Shown here: positions 37,290 to 49,618 of the stretch, piece by piece
Layout of the letters: the number at the start of each line of letters is the position of its first letter
Position numbering within the stretch: the stretch's first letter is position 1
NCBI GenBank assembly: GCA_000320545.1
Contig: ADNK01002345.1
Location: 11,173-75,172 of the forward strand
Source: Bigelowiella natans CCMP2755
Taxonomy: Eukaryota; Protista; Cercozoa
Direction of reading: 5' to 3'
DNA length: 64,000 nucleotides
Notes under the pieces: model-generated
What the model was told of the DNA's origin: nothing
The model's database searches: none
What the model saw: the letters and a program-made list of their open reading frames with translations, nothing else
Program-made: the position numbers and the translations under genes

Positions 37290-38805
37290 GCTGTTGAGTG
37301 TCATGGAATGCCGCGACTGAAATTTCATGCGAGATGCAAAGCTAGAAAGAGTGATCTCAACTTGTGGGATTGCTGGAGCCTGCGCTTCACGCTAGCGCTG
37401 CACACAAGCATGCTAGCATCGGATGTGACTGTGACCACTCTAGCACTGCTAGCTAGCTAGACTGCGCTCAAATGGCAAACACCGCATGCTAGCATGGAAA
37501 GCGTTTGATTGGCAATCTAGCAATGCCTAGATGCTAGAATGCGCGATGTGTCAAGCTAGCTAGCTAGCAAGCTGCAAATTGTTGATGATCAACCATGCTA
37601 GCATGCCAGCTAACTAGTCAGCATGTGCTGGCTAGCTGGCAAGAAATGTTCAATTGGAACAAAACACGTCGTGCTGGCTAGCTCTCAGAGCTCACCCAGC
37701 TAGCCAGGCTAGCAGGGCTCAGAGCTGGCGTGCTAGCCACTAGCTAGCTAGCTAGCGTGATTGCGCACTTTGCAATTCCAAATCAGCTTGTTCAATTGGA
37801 ACAAAGCTGTTCAATCAGAAAACATTGCAACACGTTCTAGCGTTGCGATCTCGCAGAGTTTTGTTTTGTTCGCTACCAGGCTTGCCAGCTTGTTCGCATC
37901 GATCAGAAATGAACGTTCAATTGGAAAGGCGTGCCAGAGCTAGCAGAGTGCTGGAATGTCCAGAAGCGTGTCACACTGGCAGCACGTCTAGCTAGCTAGA
38001 GGCGTTGTAGCGTGTCATGACTGGATGATGAAGATGTAGCGTTGCGGTGCAAGTCTGGAAGTGGCGGCTGGACAAGGGCCACAGAGCCAGATTGGTTGCG
38101 CTAGCCATGTCAGGCAAAGGGCCAGCGAGGGTGTGCGAGGAGGTTCGAGTTCTTGAGAGGTTTGACAGTCCAGCAGTTGAGAGGATGCGCATCATGTTCA
38201 ACCACCGAGTTCACACTGAAAGCCAACCAAATGCTGCCAGTGCTGCTGGTCATGTGAGCATGTGACAAGCATGTTCTTCCTTCGTTGCTTCTTCGATGCA
38301 TTTCCAAAGAAAGTGTGACAAGACACTTGCAGTGTGCGAAGTGCAGTGCCTCGAACTGGCTTCAGTGAGGACTGAAAACTGTCTAGCTGTGCCTCGAACT
38401 GACTTTGGTGGGCCAGTGAGAACCAACTAGTGAAACAAAAAGGAATCAAGAATGGCACGTCCATTCCCAGTTTCATTGTCTTTTGTGCCTGATCTTTGCC
38501 AACTTCAGGACCATGCCAGCATGACTTCTCTGTGCTTTTTGAAAATCCACGTTTCTGAAAACGTTGCAAGACGTTTGCAGATCACGAACATGCACGAAAC
38601 GCAGTGCCTCGAACTAGCTCCAGTGAGCAAAAGCGGTGGTTTCAGCTCACGAGCAAAAACCTCGAACAATCTCGATGCCGCACGGTCGGTTTCCAAGATC
38701 TTTTGCGAGGGAAAATCTGGCAAAAGATCCATTTTGTCCCCTCGACAATCAAAGCACTCGAGATTTCCACTTGAATTGAGAGACAACATGAGTGTCCTGT
38801 GGTCA
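37290..38805. other. TpA-depleted, CTAG-rich intergenic domain 5
   Basis: Hand count: about 34 of 38 TA are in CTAG. The other four are CTAA, CTAC, GTAG and GTAG. Confidence 0.9.
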
Positions 38806-38893
38806 GTATCAAGAGCATTCATGAACTACGACAAAAGAGCCCTGCGAGCAGTGTCAAACCCATCATTCGTCTCGGCGTCTCGGCTATCTAAAG

Positions 38894-40030
38894 ATGGGGT
38901 GCGGACCAAGCCGTACCCAGATCAAAGCGAAAGATGATGCTGCAAGTTTGGTGGTGCTTTACGCATATCTCGACCGAATTGGAATCAGCTTTTCGAAAGC
39001 ACAGGCTTTAGTCGAGAAAGTAACGCCGCCAAATCTCGAGGACCTCACACTGCTCCTGCAGAAGCACATCACATCTGTCCCTTTTGAGAACCTGGGCCAG
39101 CACGAACACTCTGCCTCTGAGGAGCTCAAAGGGAAGGTAGAATTTCCTGCGTGTGCAGCACGGAATCCGTCACTTCACGTTCACGAGTCTCTCAAGAAGA
39201 TTGTATTCGATCGGCGTGGGGGATTCTGCTGGGAAATCAACTTCGCCTTCGCGTGGCTCTTGCGAAGACTGGGATATTCTGTGCGACTTGGGAACTCAAA
39301 CGTAATTAAACCTCAGGGAGAACCTGTACCTGGGCATCTATGCATCTTTGTTGATGGACTCAGTCGATCCCCTGTACTCGTAGACCCGGGGTTTGGGGAT
39401 GCACCGAGAATTCCGATTCCAGTGGTGTACGGAGCCAGAATGAAAGATACCATGATAGGAGACGAGTATTCTGTCATCGCAAATGATGCTTCCAACTACT
39501 CTCAAAGCAAGTCCCAGGGAGAACGCTTTGACAGTGTCCTGACACGCTCACGGTTCCGGGGCCTTGCAAATTCTCCTATGGTGGACTTAGTCGGGATGGA
39601 CAAGCATCCATCCATTCCAGCGCAGATGTCGACTCCCGAGGCTGTATATCTCTTCAATTCGAGAGATGAATGTAAAATGGATTGTGAAGAGTTTCGATTC
39701 GGGCTGGCATCTGTACTCACAAAATCAGAGCAGAACTTCTTCTCACAAAAACGATTCTGTTTTCTAGCGACAAAGGAAGGATACGTATTTCAAGGCAAGG
39801 TGTACATAAGCAACTGTTAGTATAGAGCAATAATTTCAATATTTCCATTTTTCTAGTGAACCTATACGTATCTATACATGTAAATGTTGTCGCGCTTTTG
39901 ATATTACACGCATACGTGTCAGAATTATTTCAAGATTGTCAACCACGGGATCGAAAAGCATCGTGAGGAACTAAAAGACGAAGCTGCATATCGAAGATCG
40001 TTGATGAAAAATTTTGGAGTTAAATTGTAG
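38894..40030 (+). CDS. NAT: Arylamine N-acetyltransferase family protein; exons 38894-39799 and 39923-40030
   Basis: Motifs YLDRIG, VPFENL, RRGGFCWEIN (catalytic Cys), GH, LVDPGFG. The second exon ends ...MKNFGVKL*. Confidence 0.9.
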
Positions 40031-40031
40031 C

Positions 40032-40073
40032 TAAACGTTAAATGTCCTTGTAAACGTTAAATGTCCTTGTAAA
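40032..40073 (+). repeat. Perfect 19-bp tandem duplication just after the NAT stop codon
   Basis: TAAACGTTAAATGTCCTTG x2. Confidence 0.9.
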
Positions 40074-40299
40074 TTCTACCATCAACTTTACAGTAAAATT
40101 GTAGATGCTGCCGCAGAATGACGAAGGTGTTGCGTTAGTCACTTTAAAGATAGTATTGACTCCGCGTGATGAAGACAACAAAACTGTCACAGTAATTTTA
40201 AATAAATGACAACTTGCATGATGTAGAGAACGCTGACATGGATCGCTGTGACTCCTGGTGACCGCAGACACAACATCTCTCAATGTGTGCCATAGAATG

Positions 40300-41331
40300 T
40301 CATGCGATCGATGGCACCTGCGGTCTGTGCGATGGATCGAGCGCACCGCCATGTTGACCAGCGACATGGGTGTGTGGTGTGTCATTCGACACTCAATGCA
40401 CAGCGTTCCTCTTGAGGAAAACAAAAAATCACTCATTCTGGAACGATGATGAGCAAACGGAGTTCGAAATGAGATCGTTAGTGCAGCGACAAAGTTGGTT
40501 AGCACGCACAGAAGCTAGGCCGCCGAGGGAGCAACACTAGAGCTAGACGCACGTGTTGTTGAGCCCACGTTGCACACCTTGTGTTTTTCACACGCACCTG
40601 ATCGAATGCATGCTGTTTCATGCTGCTGCACGTGTGGGATGCGCGATGGCAAGCAGTGCTCGAACAATGATGAACTAGTCAGCAGACATGCACTCTAGTC
40701 GAATACGCACCTCCCCAGCTTGGTTCATCATCATTTTGACACACTCATTTTCGCAGATGCTCCCCGCTGCACACCAGCACAGTCTGAGAGATCAATGTTC
40801 ATCTTGGGTGGCACACGTTTCGCATGGCCATGCTGGCATGGAACGGGTGAACAGATGGGTGCACTCAAGAACGGCATTCTTGAGTGGAGAGTGGCTTCAG
40901 AGCGGGAAAGATCCGATCACTGTGTTCGAGGCAGCGGCCGTGTGAGTGTGAAACGGAGATGACACCTTCACAATTGTTGCTTTGAAACAGTCGCGGCAAA
41001 CATTCATGGACACTGCATGGCATTGTGCATTCAAGCATGTGAGTTGTTGTTGCTTGCATTCGCCATTTTGGCAAGTTGCCACATCGTCGTCCATCATCGT
41101 GATGAACGAGCAACCTTCTCACACGTTGAAGTGCACGTTGAAGTCAATGTCATCAACGAGGCTGAATGCACATGGAAACACATGGGAAAAAATGACATGA
41201 CAAACTTGAGAGATGTGTGAGATCGACACAATGAAGTGATGAAACTCTTTCAATTGTCATCTCTCCAAGCACGTGCTTCTTCGAGCATTCCTCTGGCCCA
41301 AACGGGCCCGGTCAGCCTTTTCTCCATCACG
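40300..41331. other. TpA-depleted intergenic domain 6
   Basis: No TA found between 40706 and 41331 (~625 bp). Upstream TA is mostly CTAG/TTAG. Confidence 0.9.
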
Positions 41332-42079
41332 TACCGAATTTTTGTTCAATCATTCCATCAGTTCAATTTTTCGCGCTCAAGTTCGAAGTGTGCCACATGA
41401 AACGAGGCACGCGTCTGCAAGAGATCTAGTCTTGAACACTCAGCAGCTGCAAAGATTTTCATTCTTGCGAAAAGCTGTCAAGTAACGTAGTCTTCCAAGA
41501 CCAAGTTTCAGCGTCAACACAGGGGGTTTTCAGGGTTCGGCGAAGATCGGTTGCTCCTAAGATTCACGCTCGACATGGAAACATTAGATGTAAGAGTAGC
41601 AGAATATCTATGCCTGCGTATTGCTCCAACAACCAAAAAAATGCAAATTGCCCTTGACATTTTGATAAAATTCATCTAAATTTGTGCTTCATTATGTATG
41701 AACTCTGGCATTGAATTGATGCTTGGTCTTGCATGATCTTACATTACTCTTACACACGATTCAAGACAAAATCGTCCAAGACGAAGTCACGCATCAGGAA
41801 GTGGACGATGAAGGCGAGCATCGGGGACTTTCGTCAACCGTCATACGTTTAAACCTGCTTTCGTGGAGAACAAACGGCGTTTTGGAAGTCCTGCTTCGAC
41901 CAAGATTCTCTTCACAGGCTCTCACTTTTCAAACTGCGCAAAATCCGTCCGCCCTCCTTCTTTCGCAAGGTGGAGGAACCCGCTGCGCACCCCACATTTT
42001 GTGTCTTCCCAGTGATCTCCAATTGTTGTCGTATGCTTCACTGATGGATTTCCTTAAAATATGGTTTTAGAAGAATAAT

Positions 42080-42520
42080 ATGCTCGCTTCCGTCATGATC
42101 ACCGTGTTTTTCTGGCTTCTACCTGCATCTGCTGTCAAGTATGGCGACGAGGCATTCCAGTCAGCGCAGGAAGGAAATTTCTACGCCTTCTGCAGTGAGT
42201 ATCCTTTCAATTTGGAGTAGGGACTGAAGCTAAAGATTTCCTAGGATTTCGCGTCTTTGTCGTCATCATGCAGTCGTCATTCTCAACGCTTTTTTTGCTA
42301 CTACCGTTTCTAGATGGAAATTCAACAGATGGAATCCAGCCCTCAATTGATGTTGTTGATCCCGTGACTGGCACCGTCCTCAAGTCAATTTCAGCCCCCA
42401 GCGCTACCGTTTGGGCAGAGTAAGAACGATCCCCTTTCTCTACACTTGCCGATTGTCGAAATGCATGCAACGCATGAAAAAGAACAAATCTCCTCAAAGT
42501 ACTTGCAAATTTGATTATCA

Positions 42521-42575
<55 letters not shown>

Positions 42576-43462
42576 TGTGTGTATCTGGTCGATCTTTTAA
42601 AAAAGTCCGGTTTATATGGAAACTTGCGACGGTTCCAACCGCCGATTTGTCCTTGCCAACGATCGCGGCGGGAATGTCGTAGTCATCGACGCAGATTCAC
42701 AGGAGGTAGTACATCGGAGAACCGAGTATCTTATGCGAGATATTATTGAGAATGTCACAGTGAATTGTTCTCGCAGATCAACACTGTCGTTCCCATGAGC
42801 GCGGCTCCTGTGCATGGGTACTGATCTCTGTTGAATAAAATATATCTCTCGCCGCGAGAATCATTAATTAGTATGGTCTTTCTTAAGTCACCACAGCCTC
42901 TCCTTCAGTTCTGATATTCTTTTCCCTGCCTTTCTTCCTCCTCTTCCATTTCGTGTAGGTATGGGGTGCCGATGACTGAAGAATTCTGGAGCCACTCTGA
43001 TGGCGATGGAGTCTTCGACGTGCTGGATTTGGAGACACTCGATCAACTCAAACACCAGGACATTATCGTGAGTGACGGCATGGTTGATTCTTGGGAAAGT
43101 CATTGTAATCATCATCGTCGTCGTCGTCGTCTTCATTGTATCTGAAGGCACACGTTGCAATCCCGGGGCATGGAAAGTTGCTTTGGGACGAAGATTTCTA
43201 CCCAAGAGCCTTTGTGACTAACGTCCGAGAGGTGTGCGGTGAGAGTAAGCGGATTGTTGGAGTCTTCCTCCTCTCCTTCTTAGAGCATCTGTTGTGGAAA
43301 ATTGCTCTCGTTTTTGTCGTCGTGACTATCGTCTCCTATATTTGAAGACACTCCGAAGTATTGGCCATTTTTTCATCTACATGTATTGTTTTCGATGATC
43401 AGCCTTTCGTCTTCGAGATCGACCTCATTACCCACCAGGTAGAGGAGACGCCTATGCGCATG

Positions 43463-43517
<55 letters not shown>

Positions 43518-43641
43518 TGTGTTTACTTACTTCGTCAGTAAACTTCTTTCCACCTTTTAGATGGTGAGACGCTGGAATTTTACGGAGTACGGGACTTCTC
43601 ATCCTTTCTATTGTCCAGGTGTATCTACTAGCTGTATATGT

Positions 43642-43684
<43 letters not shown>

Positions 43685-43815
43685 CATAATGTATGTCTTC
43701 GATATAGTCTTGATTGAATAAGCGACCATCAAAATACATGATGCTATTCTTTTTAAGTCATCATGTTTTGACCTCCTTCTTCCACTATTTTCCCTCAAGA
43801 TGCTCCTAGCACGTT

Positions 43816-43862
<47 letters not shown>

Positions 43863-46800
43863 TGTTTCTTCCTCATGACGAATGCATATGTTTGTGGCTC
43901 AAGGGACTCATGGCATCTCATATTCTCGGGTGCTACCTCACACAACTAAGATATTAACTCCAAAAGGAATAGAAGATTTGCTGTCCCACAGAGCCACCCT
44001 TCTATCACTGAGATGTGATGATCATATACTTTTTTGCGACTAAGGCCTCTTGCTGTTCTTGTCCTTCTCTTCCTCCTCATTCCGCACAGGTCAACCGACA
44101 CATCTATGCCACGTGCTCCAGCGTTGGACTTGTCGAAATTGACATTGTTAATTTCGGGGTAGTAAGTAAGATGATGATGATAGCAGCAGTACATGATAGG
44201 AGGGAGACAAGCACGAGGACGAATAAGTAGCGGCGATGTTGTATTTTATGCTATGCGGCTGGCATTGTCTGGTCACAGAACGAGAACATTTCGATGAAAC
44301 ATCGAATCGAACCCTTCCCCCCCCCCCTCACTCCATATCTGAAATGTGTTGTAGGTTGTCGCAAAGCACGGGTTCGCAACGGGTGGGCAGGTAGTTGCGA
44401 TGAACAAGAATGGTGACGATGATGACGATGACGATGACGCAAATTCCGACACAGAAAAGAAATGAAACCTCACAGCATTATGCAATGGCATGCTCTTCAC
44501 ACGCATACGTTCCCTATTCAAATTTACATTGACATGACGTCCAGCACCCCCAACTCTAGACATACGAAACACGAGATGAGAAATACATTGTGGTGATCGA
44601 TAAAGGTATAGTTAGAACGGCATCTACAGCAACAACAGCAGCAAAAGTGGTGGTGGTAGTGGTGGTGAAAGAGGAGAAAGAAGTGAAAACAGTCGATGTT
44701 AACATAAATAATTGTTACAGAGCCGTTTCTGCCACCATCTCTCTCAGTCCCCCCCCCTCTCTCTATATTCTCCTCCTCCATATCTGAGACTAAGCGTTGA
44801 AATGTCAGAAAGCATCGACGAATATTCTATTGTAGCAACGATGAGAGAGTAACACTACTACCCCTCCCATCCGTCCTCTCCCCTTTCTTCACGTGTGCGG
44901 CTCATCCCCATTCTTTTCAGCTGGAAACGCCGTACATGTACTCAAACCGGGGGCCAATGGCCAAGCTTCCTCCATGGTCATCACCGTCTCTCATGTTTCT
45001 CTGTTTTGTTCTCCACAGGCGCAGCGACGAGAGAACAGTCGCAGAATAGCCATAGCCATCAAACACCACCGCCCTCATAAGCAGCATCCATCATGATCGA
45101 ACGTCAGCTTCAGAACAACCTCATCGTTCATCTCGTCGTTTGTGTCTTCCGTGTCATCGTTCCCAGGTGTTTCCGAGCGTCAATGCGACTTTCCCAGGGT
45201 CGTCAGCAGGTGAATCGATGAGCATCTCGGCCAAAGGCGCTCTATGATCTTTGCAGGAGCCGCCACCTCTAATCCGCCATTGTGTGGCTAGTAATTATGG
45301 TGTTGCCCTCTCCTCTCGATCGTCCCCCGATCGGCCCCCTCCCCCCCCTCCTTTCCCTACACTAGCATCTTTTTGTTTGGTTTACATAATGCACTCACCA
45401 CGCAAATCGCCGCCGCCGCCGCCGCCGCTACTGCTGCTTCTTTCATGTGTGAGCAGGGAGTCCTGACAAAGTGGCGTTTCACCCAGTAATAATTACAATA
45501 GTATGAAAACGATAACAAAGCAAAGACAAGAACAAAACAACAGCCAAGGCGTTTCCCCCGAAGAAAACATAAAACAATGCTTTCATATTCCAGAGAGACT
45601 ATCACTAGTGTTCCGACCCCTTAATGCCTTGCTCTGCTGAATCCCAATTTTCCCGGAAAGAGCTCTCACTAACTGCATCTCATCCCGTCACTCCCGTCAC
45701 TGGTATCACAGTTGCAGGCGACGACGACCAGCAGCGGAGGCTATCGAATGTTCTTCTCGCTGACGCAGCCGCAGCCGCCTTCTATTGTGCAGGTCGTGGG
45801 ATTTTGCGAGAGTTCTTCTTCTGTGTGCGCGACAGTTACTCGCACGCATTGCTACTATTACCGTTTCTGCTACCGCTACTTCTACTCCGCTGTAGTATGT
45901 TATAGCAGTGGCAGAAACGGTTGGAAGACGATGACAACGCCGCTGCTTTTTGAACGTGCGCGAATCTCTTCTTTGCACTCATGAACTGCGACTCACGCAT
46001 CCTGCCCCGGACACGGGCATGCAGCATACAATCCCTATAGTTTGTTGCGGTCACTCACACCCATGACGAGCATTCTCCTCATATACTCCTCCTACTCCCC
46101 CACGACACCGACTCGCCATCATACACATGGTCTATCAGTCGGGGATGGGATGGATCGACACCACGACTCTCGAGGCCGAGCCAACTGTCACGCACAACCT
46201 GCGCTTCATCCAGGTAATCACACCTGCAAATAGTTACCATGTTCTCCTCCTCCTCCTCCTCCTCCTCCTCCTCCTCCTCCTGTTGCTGTTGCTGCTGCTG
46301 CTGCTGCTACTGCTGCTCGTGAGTTGATGTGCGCGAATAATAGATGTATATTCCGACAGGCCGGATCTATCATCGGGAGGCACAGACAAATCCATGCCGG
46401 AGGTTGGTTTCCTATTCTATTACGACTACTGACAACACGAAGGATGGCGGGAATGATGCGTTCTGCTGCCGCATGCTTCCGTTGCGGCTTCTAAACCTCG
46501 TCGTCTTTTTTTGTTTGTTTTAAATCGTACATTCTCATCTGTTTGGCTTGCTTTGAACAAACTCTAACTAGGTGCATACGTTGCAACCCCAATGCACGCG
46601 CCGTTCTCTGGTGTCGCCATTGTCGAAGCTGAGGGAGGTTGCTGGCCATGTCATCACGAGAGCTAATTCACATAATATAGCACCTTTAATGGTTTTGCTG
46701 AGTACTAGTGGTGACAGCATAGAGAAAATGGGGGCGAGATGTCGGATGATGACGTTATCCCCCCTCCTTTATTCGCAGGGGCTGGAGGCGTGCCAATCCT

Positions 46801-47504
46801 ACGATGGACGGTCTCGACGAATCTTTCCCCCCGTGCGTACGTTAGAAGGGTGTGCTGTGGATATGCATGTATACGCACACGACATATGTATGTATGTGAT
46901 CTATGCTCCTCACCACGACCTCAGGTTGGTGCTGCTTTCGACTCAATAGTAGCCTAGTTGATCAACATACTCTTTCTTCTTCTTCTCCTCCTCCTCCCCT
47001 CCTCCTTCTCCTCCTCCCCCCCTCCACGACTCTCAGAGCGAGTCATCTGGGTTCCCAATGCCTACACCAGCAACGAATGCCCCGCCAAGGACGAGAAGGA
47101 CGATAGTGGTGGTGAGGATGATGACCTTGCCCTTTCTTCTGCTGCATCATCGTGGAATGAATGCCTTGTATGTGAGTCTGTGAGAGAGAGAGAGAAAGTG
47201 TGTGCACTTAACTACGAAAGTGAACGGAACATGGCGTTCAAACCGAGTGGCTCGATGCAATTCTAACTAACGTGTAGATGCACAGCACGCACTCACACGC
47301 TCTCCACTGATGTCGCTTCCCTCCATCACGGCTGCTACTGCTGTCACTGGTGTTGTTGTTGTTGTTGTTACTACTTTTCCTACTGCCACTGCTGCTGCCT
47401 GCCTTTGTACCTATCGGGCTCTCGTTCAGGGCTCTCAACCGGAGCGACAATTGGTAGTAGCAGTAGCAGCAGCAGTATTAGTTGTAGTAGTAGTAGTAAA
47501 AGTA

Positions 47505-47536
<32 letters not shown>

Positions 47537-47844
47537 TAAGTAGTGGTAGTAGCTTGAGTAGTAGATAATAATTGTAGTAGTAGTAGTAGTAGTAGTAGTA
47601 ATAATAATAGTTCAAGTCTCAAACAGGGGCATAGCAGAAGCCTGTATGTTCATTGGACATGCACACGTGTACGTAGTGTGTACTTGGTGTGTGGGGGTGG
47701 ATGGGGATTAAGTATGCAGGAATGAGTTCCTTATGACGTGTTCATAACTGCTGCGATCGCCCTGATTGGTGTCATCCTGTCTCAGGCATCTCAGTCGCTG
47801 TAATCGTCAACGTTGGGGCTCTGCTTGCGTTAATGGTGCTCTAA
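42080..47844 (+). CDS. Secreted or surface-anchored beta-propeller protein (YVTN/YncE-like), about 20 small exons
   Basis: Signal peptide MLASVMITVFFWLLPASA. Blade-like exons IDVVDPVTGTVLKSI, NVVVIDADSQE, APVHGYG..EEFWSHSDGDG, PGHGKLLWD, GTHGISYSRVNRHIYATC. Hydrophobic C-terminus ISVAVIVNVGALLALMVL*. Confidence 0.65.
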
Positions 47845-48825
47845 CGAACGTTGGACGCGATGCCATGATTGCCTTTTTTCACCCACCTCGACACGTCAGA
47901 GGAACACGTTTAACTCACCATGAGTAGATCAACAGCGGTCGGGAGAGAAAGCATTGAACTGCATTTCCCCACTGCATGTTCCTTGCAAACAATGATTCTT
48001 AGCATTCCCCTCCCTTATCGTCCCCGCCTTTTCCTTGCTCCTCCTCCTCCTCCTCCTCCTCACCGCAGATGTACTGCTGCTGCAAGAAACCTGTCGGTGG
48101 GAAGAAGGGTACGACTCCTGCCTTTTTTTGGGCCGTTCTTTTGCAGCAGTACTGACTCATGTGCTGTGAGTTGCGTGTGCGCGAGAGTGTTCAAGTATCA
48201 TCATCTATCATCACGACTACTACTGTACTCATCATCACGACTAACACTGTACTCATCATCACTCTGCGTTTGCGTAGTAGAGGAAGTCAAGGAAAGCAGC
48301 GTCGTTTCTGAGGTAGTAGTCATCCTAAAGGTTAGAAAAAGGTGCTCTTTCGTCACGATAGCAGGGTGGGGACGCCGTAGCAGAGCTGTAAAAGACGACC
48401 ATGGCGAGAGTAGAAATCTTTGAAGGAAAATGTTGCAACGGGTCTTTGCCCTGATGAGCGCAAAGACGAGGCTGATGAGAGATGTCAGAGTCCGCTCGTT
48501 TGTAACTATTCCTTTTTTTTTTGAATGATGCCCAGAACTCCAAGGCCGAGAAGTCCGTTCAGTCTGTGGTGTGAAGCGAGAAATCCCAGAGCTGGAAGAC
48601 GGGTAGTATGCCGTGTGTTTGTCCTTGGAACGACTAAGAAGTGCTTGGCGTTGTGGATGAGATGCTGATGACTTTTGGGGGCTTCCACGCGTCTTGACTA
48701 TGGCACAGCGAGTGTTGTTGATCCAGCACCTCTATATATTAAACTAGGCTCAGATACTGCTTGATAAAGACAGAGAGCCTTTTCAGTGCTTGCATGTATT
48801 GCCGTATATACATATAGATATGTAC

Positions 48826-48864
<39 letters not shown>

Positions 48865-49618
48865 GTACATGTATTATATGAATTTATGCAACGTGCATTT
48901 TGTAGACATGTGCATATGCAGTCATTATGTGTGAGTGTGTGTTTGTGTGTGGTGTGTGCGTTTGGCGTACGACGATGAGCGATGTACGTGTGCTTTGGCG
49001 TGCAACGCATGACGAGCTTGATGACTTTGATGATGAGTAGTGCAACAATGCACATGACGTAGCGTGTATTCCTGACTACATGGCAATAGCCAGCATGCAA
49101 CTCTAGACATAGTTGGCGACTGTTGCATCTAGCTAGGCTCATATGCAGCAACACTATCCAGATACCATGCACGTATACATGTGTTAGCATGCATGTGTGA
49201 CACGATTATTGATCGAGGACTACTGTGTAGACTACACATGCACAAGTGTACCTATGTGTGCATGTAGTCATGCTAGCATGCATGCTATCTAGCTATGTAG
49301 CGCATGAGCGACTAAGCACACACATAGATGCTGCACGTTCTATTCATGACAATCTCGAACCTGCGCTGCACTGGCGTAGGCAGAGCGAAAGCTGGCGCGC
49401 CTATCAATCTCTCATGGGCTCTGCTACACGCACATGCAAGGCACTCGATCACAGCGCACGTAGTCATGTGTAATGCTCCATACAATGACGACCACGCCGA
49501 CGACGCGCGAAAATTGTTCTTTACAGTGATCTTTAGCATGACAAACGATTCAAGACAAATATATCATTTACATCTTATGCATTGATAGACGTCACAGCCA
49601 CCAAAATGACGTTCATCA

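Noticed and set aside
37645-38630. Interspersed short repeats as a CRISPR-like array
   Set aside because: Irregular spacing, only three copies of each of two short motifs, eukaryotic context and no cas genes.
48330-48760. Possible small gene between the propeller gene and ADE1
   Set aside because: No consistent spliced reading frame or motif could be built.
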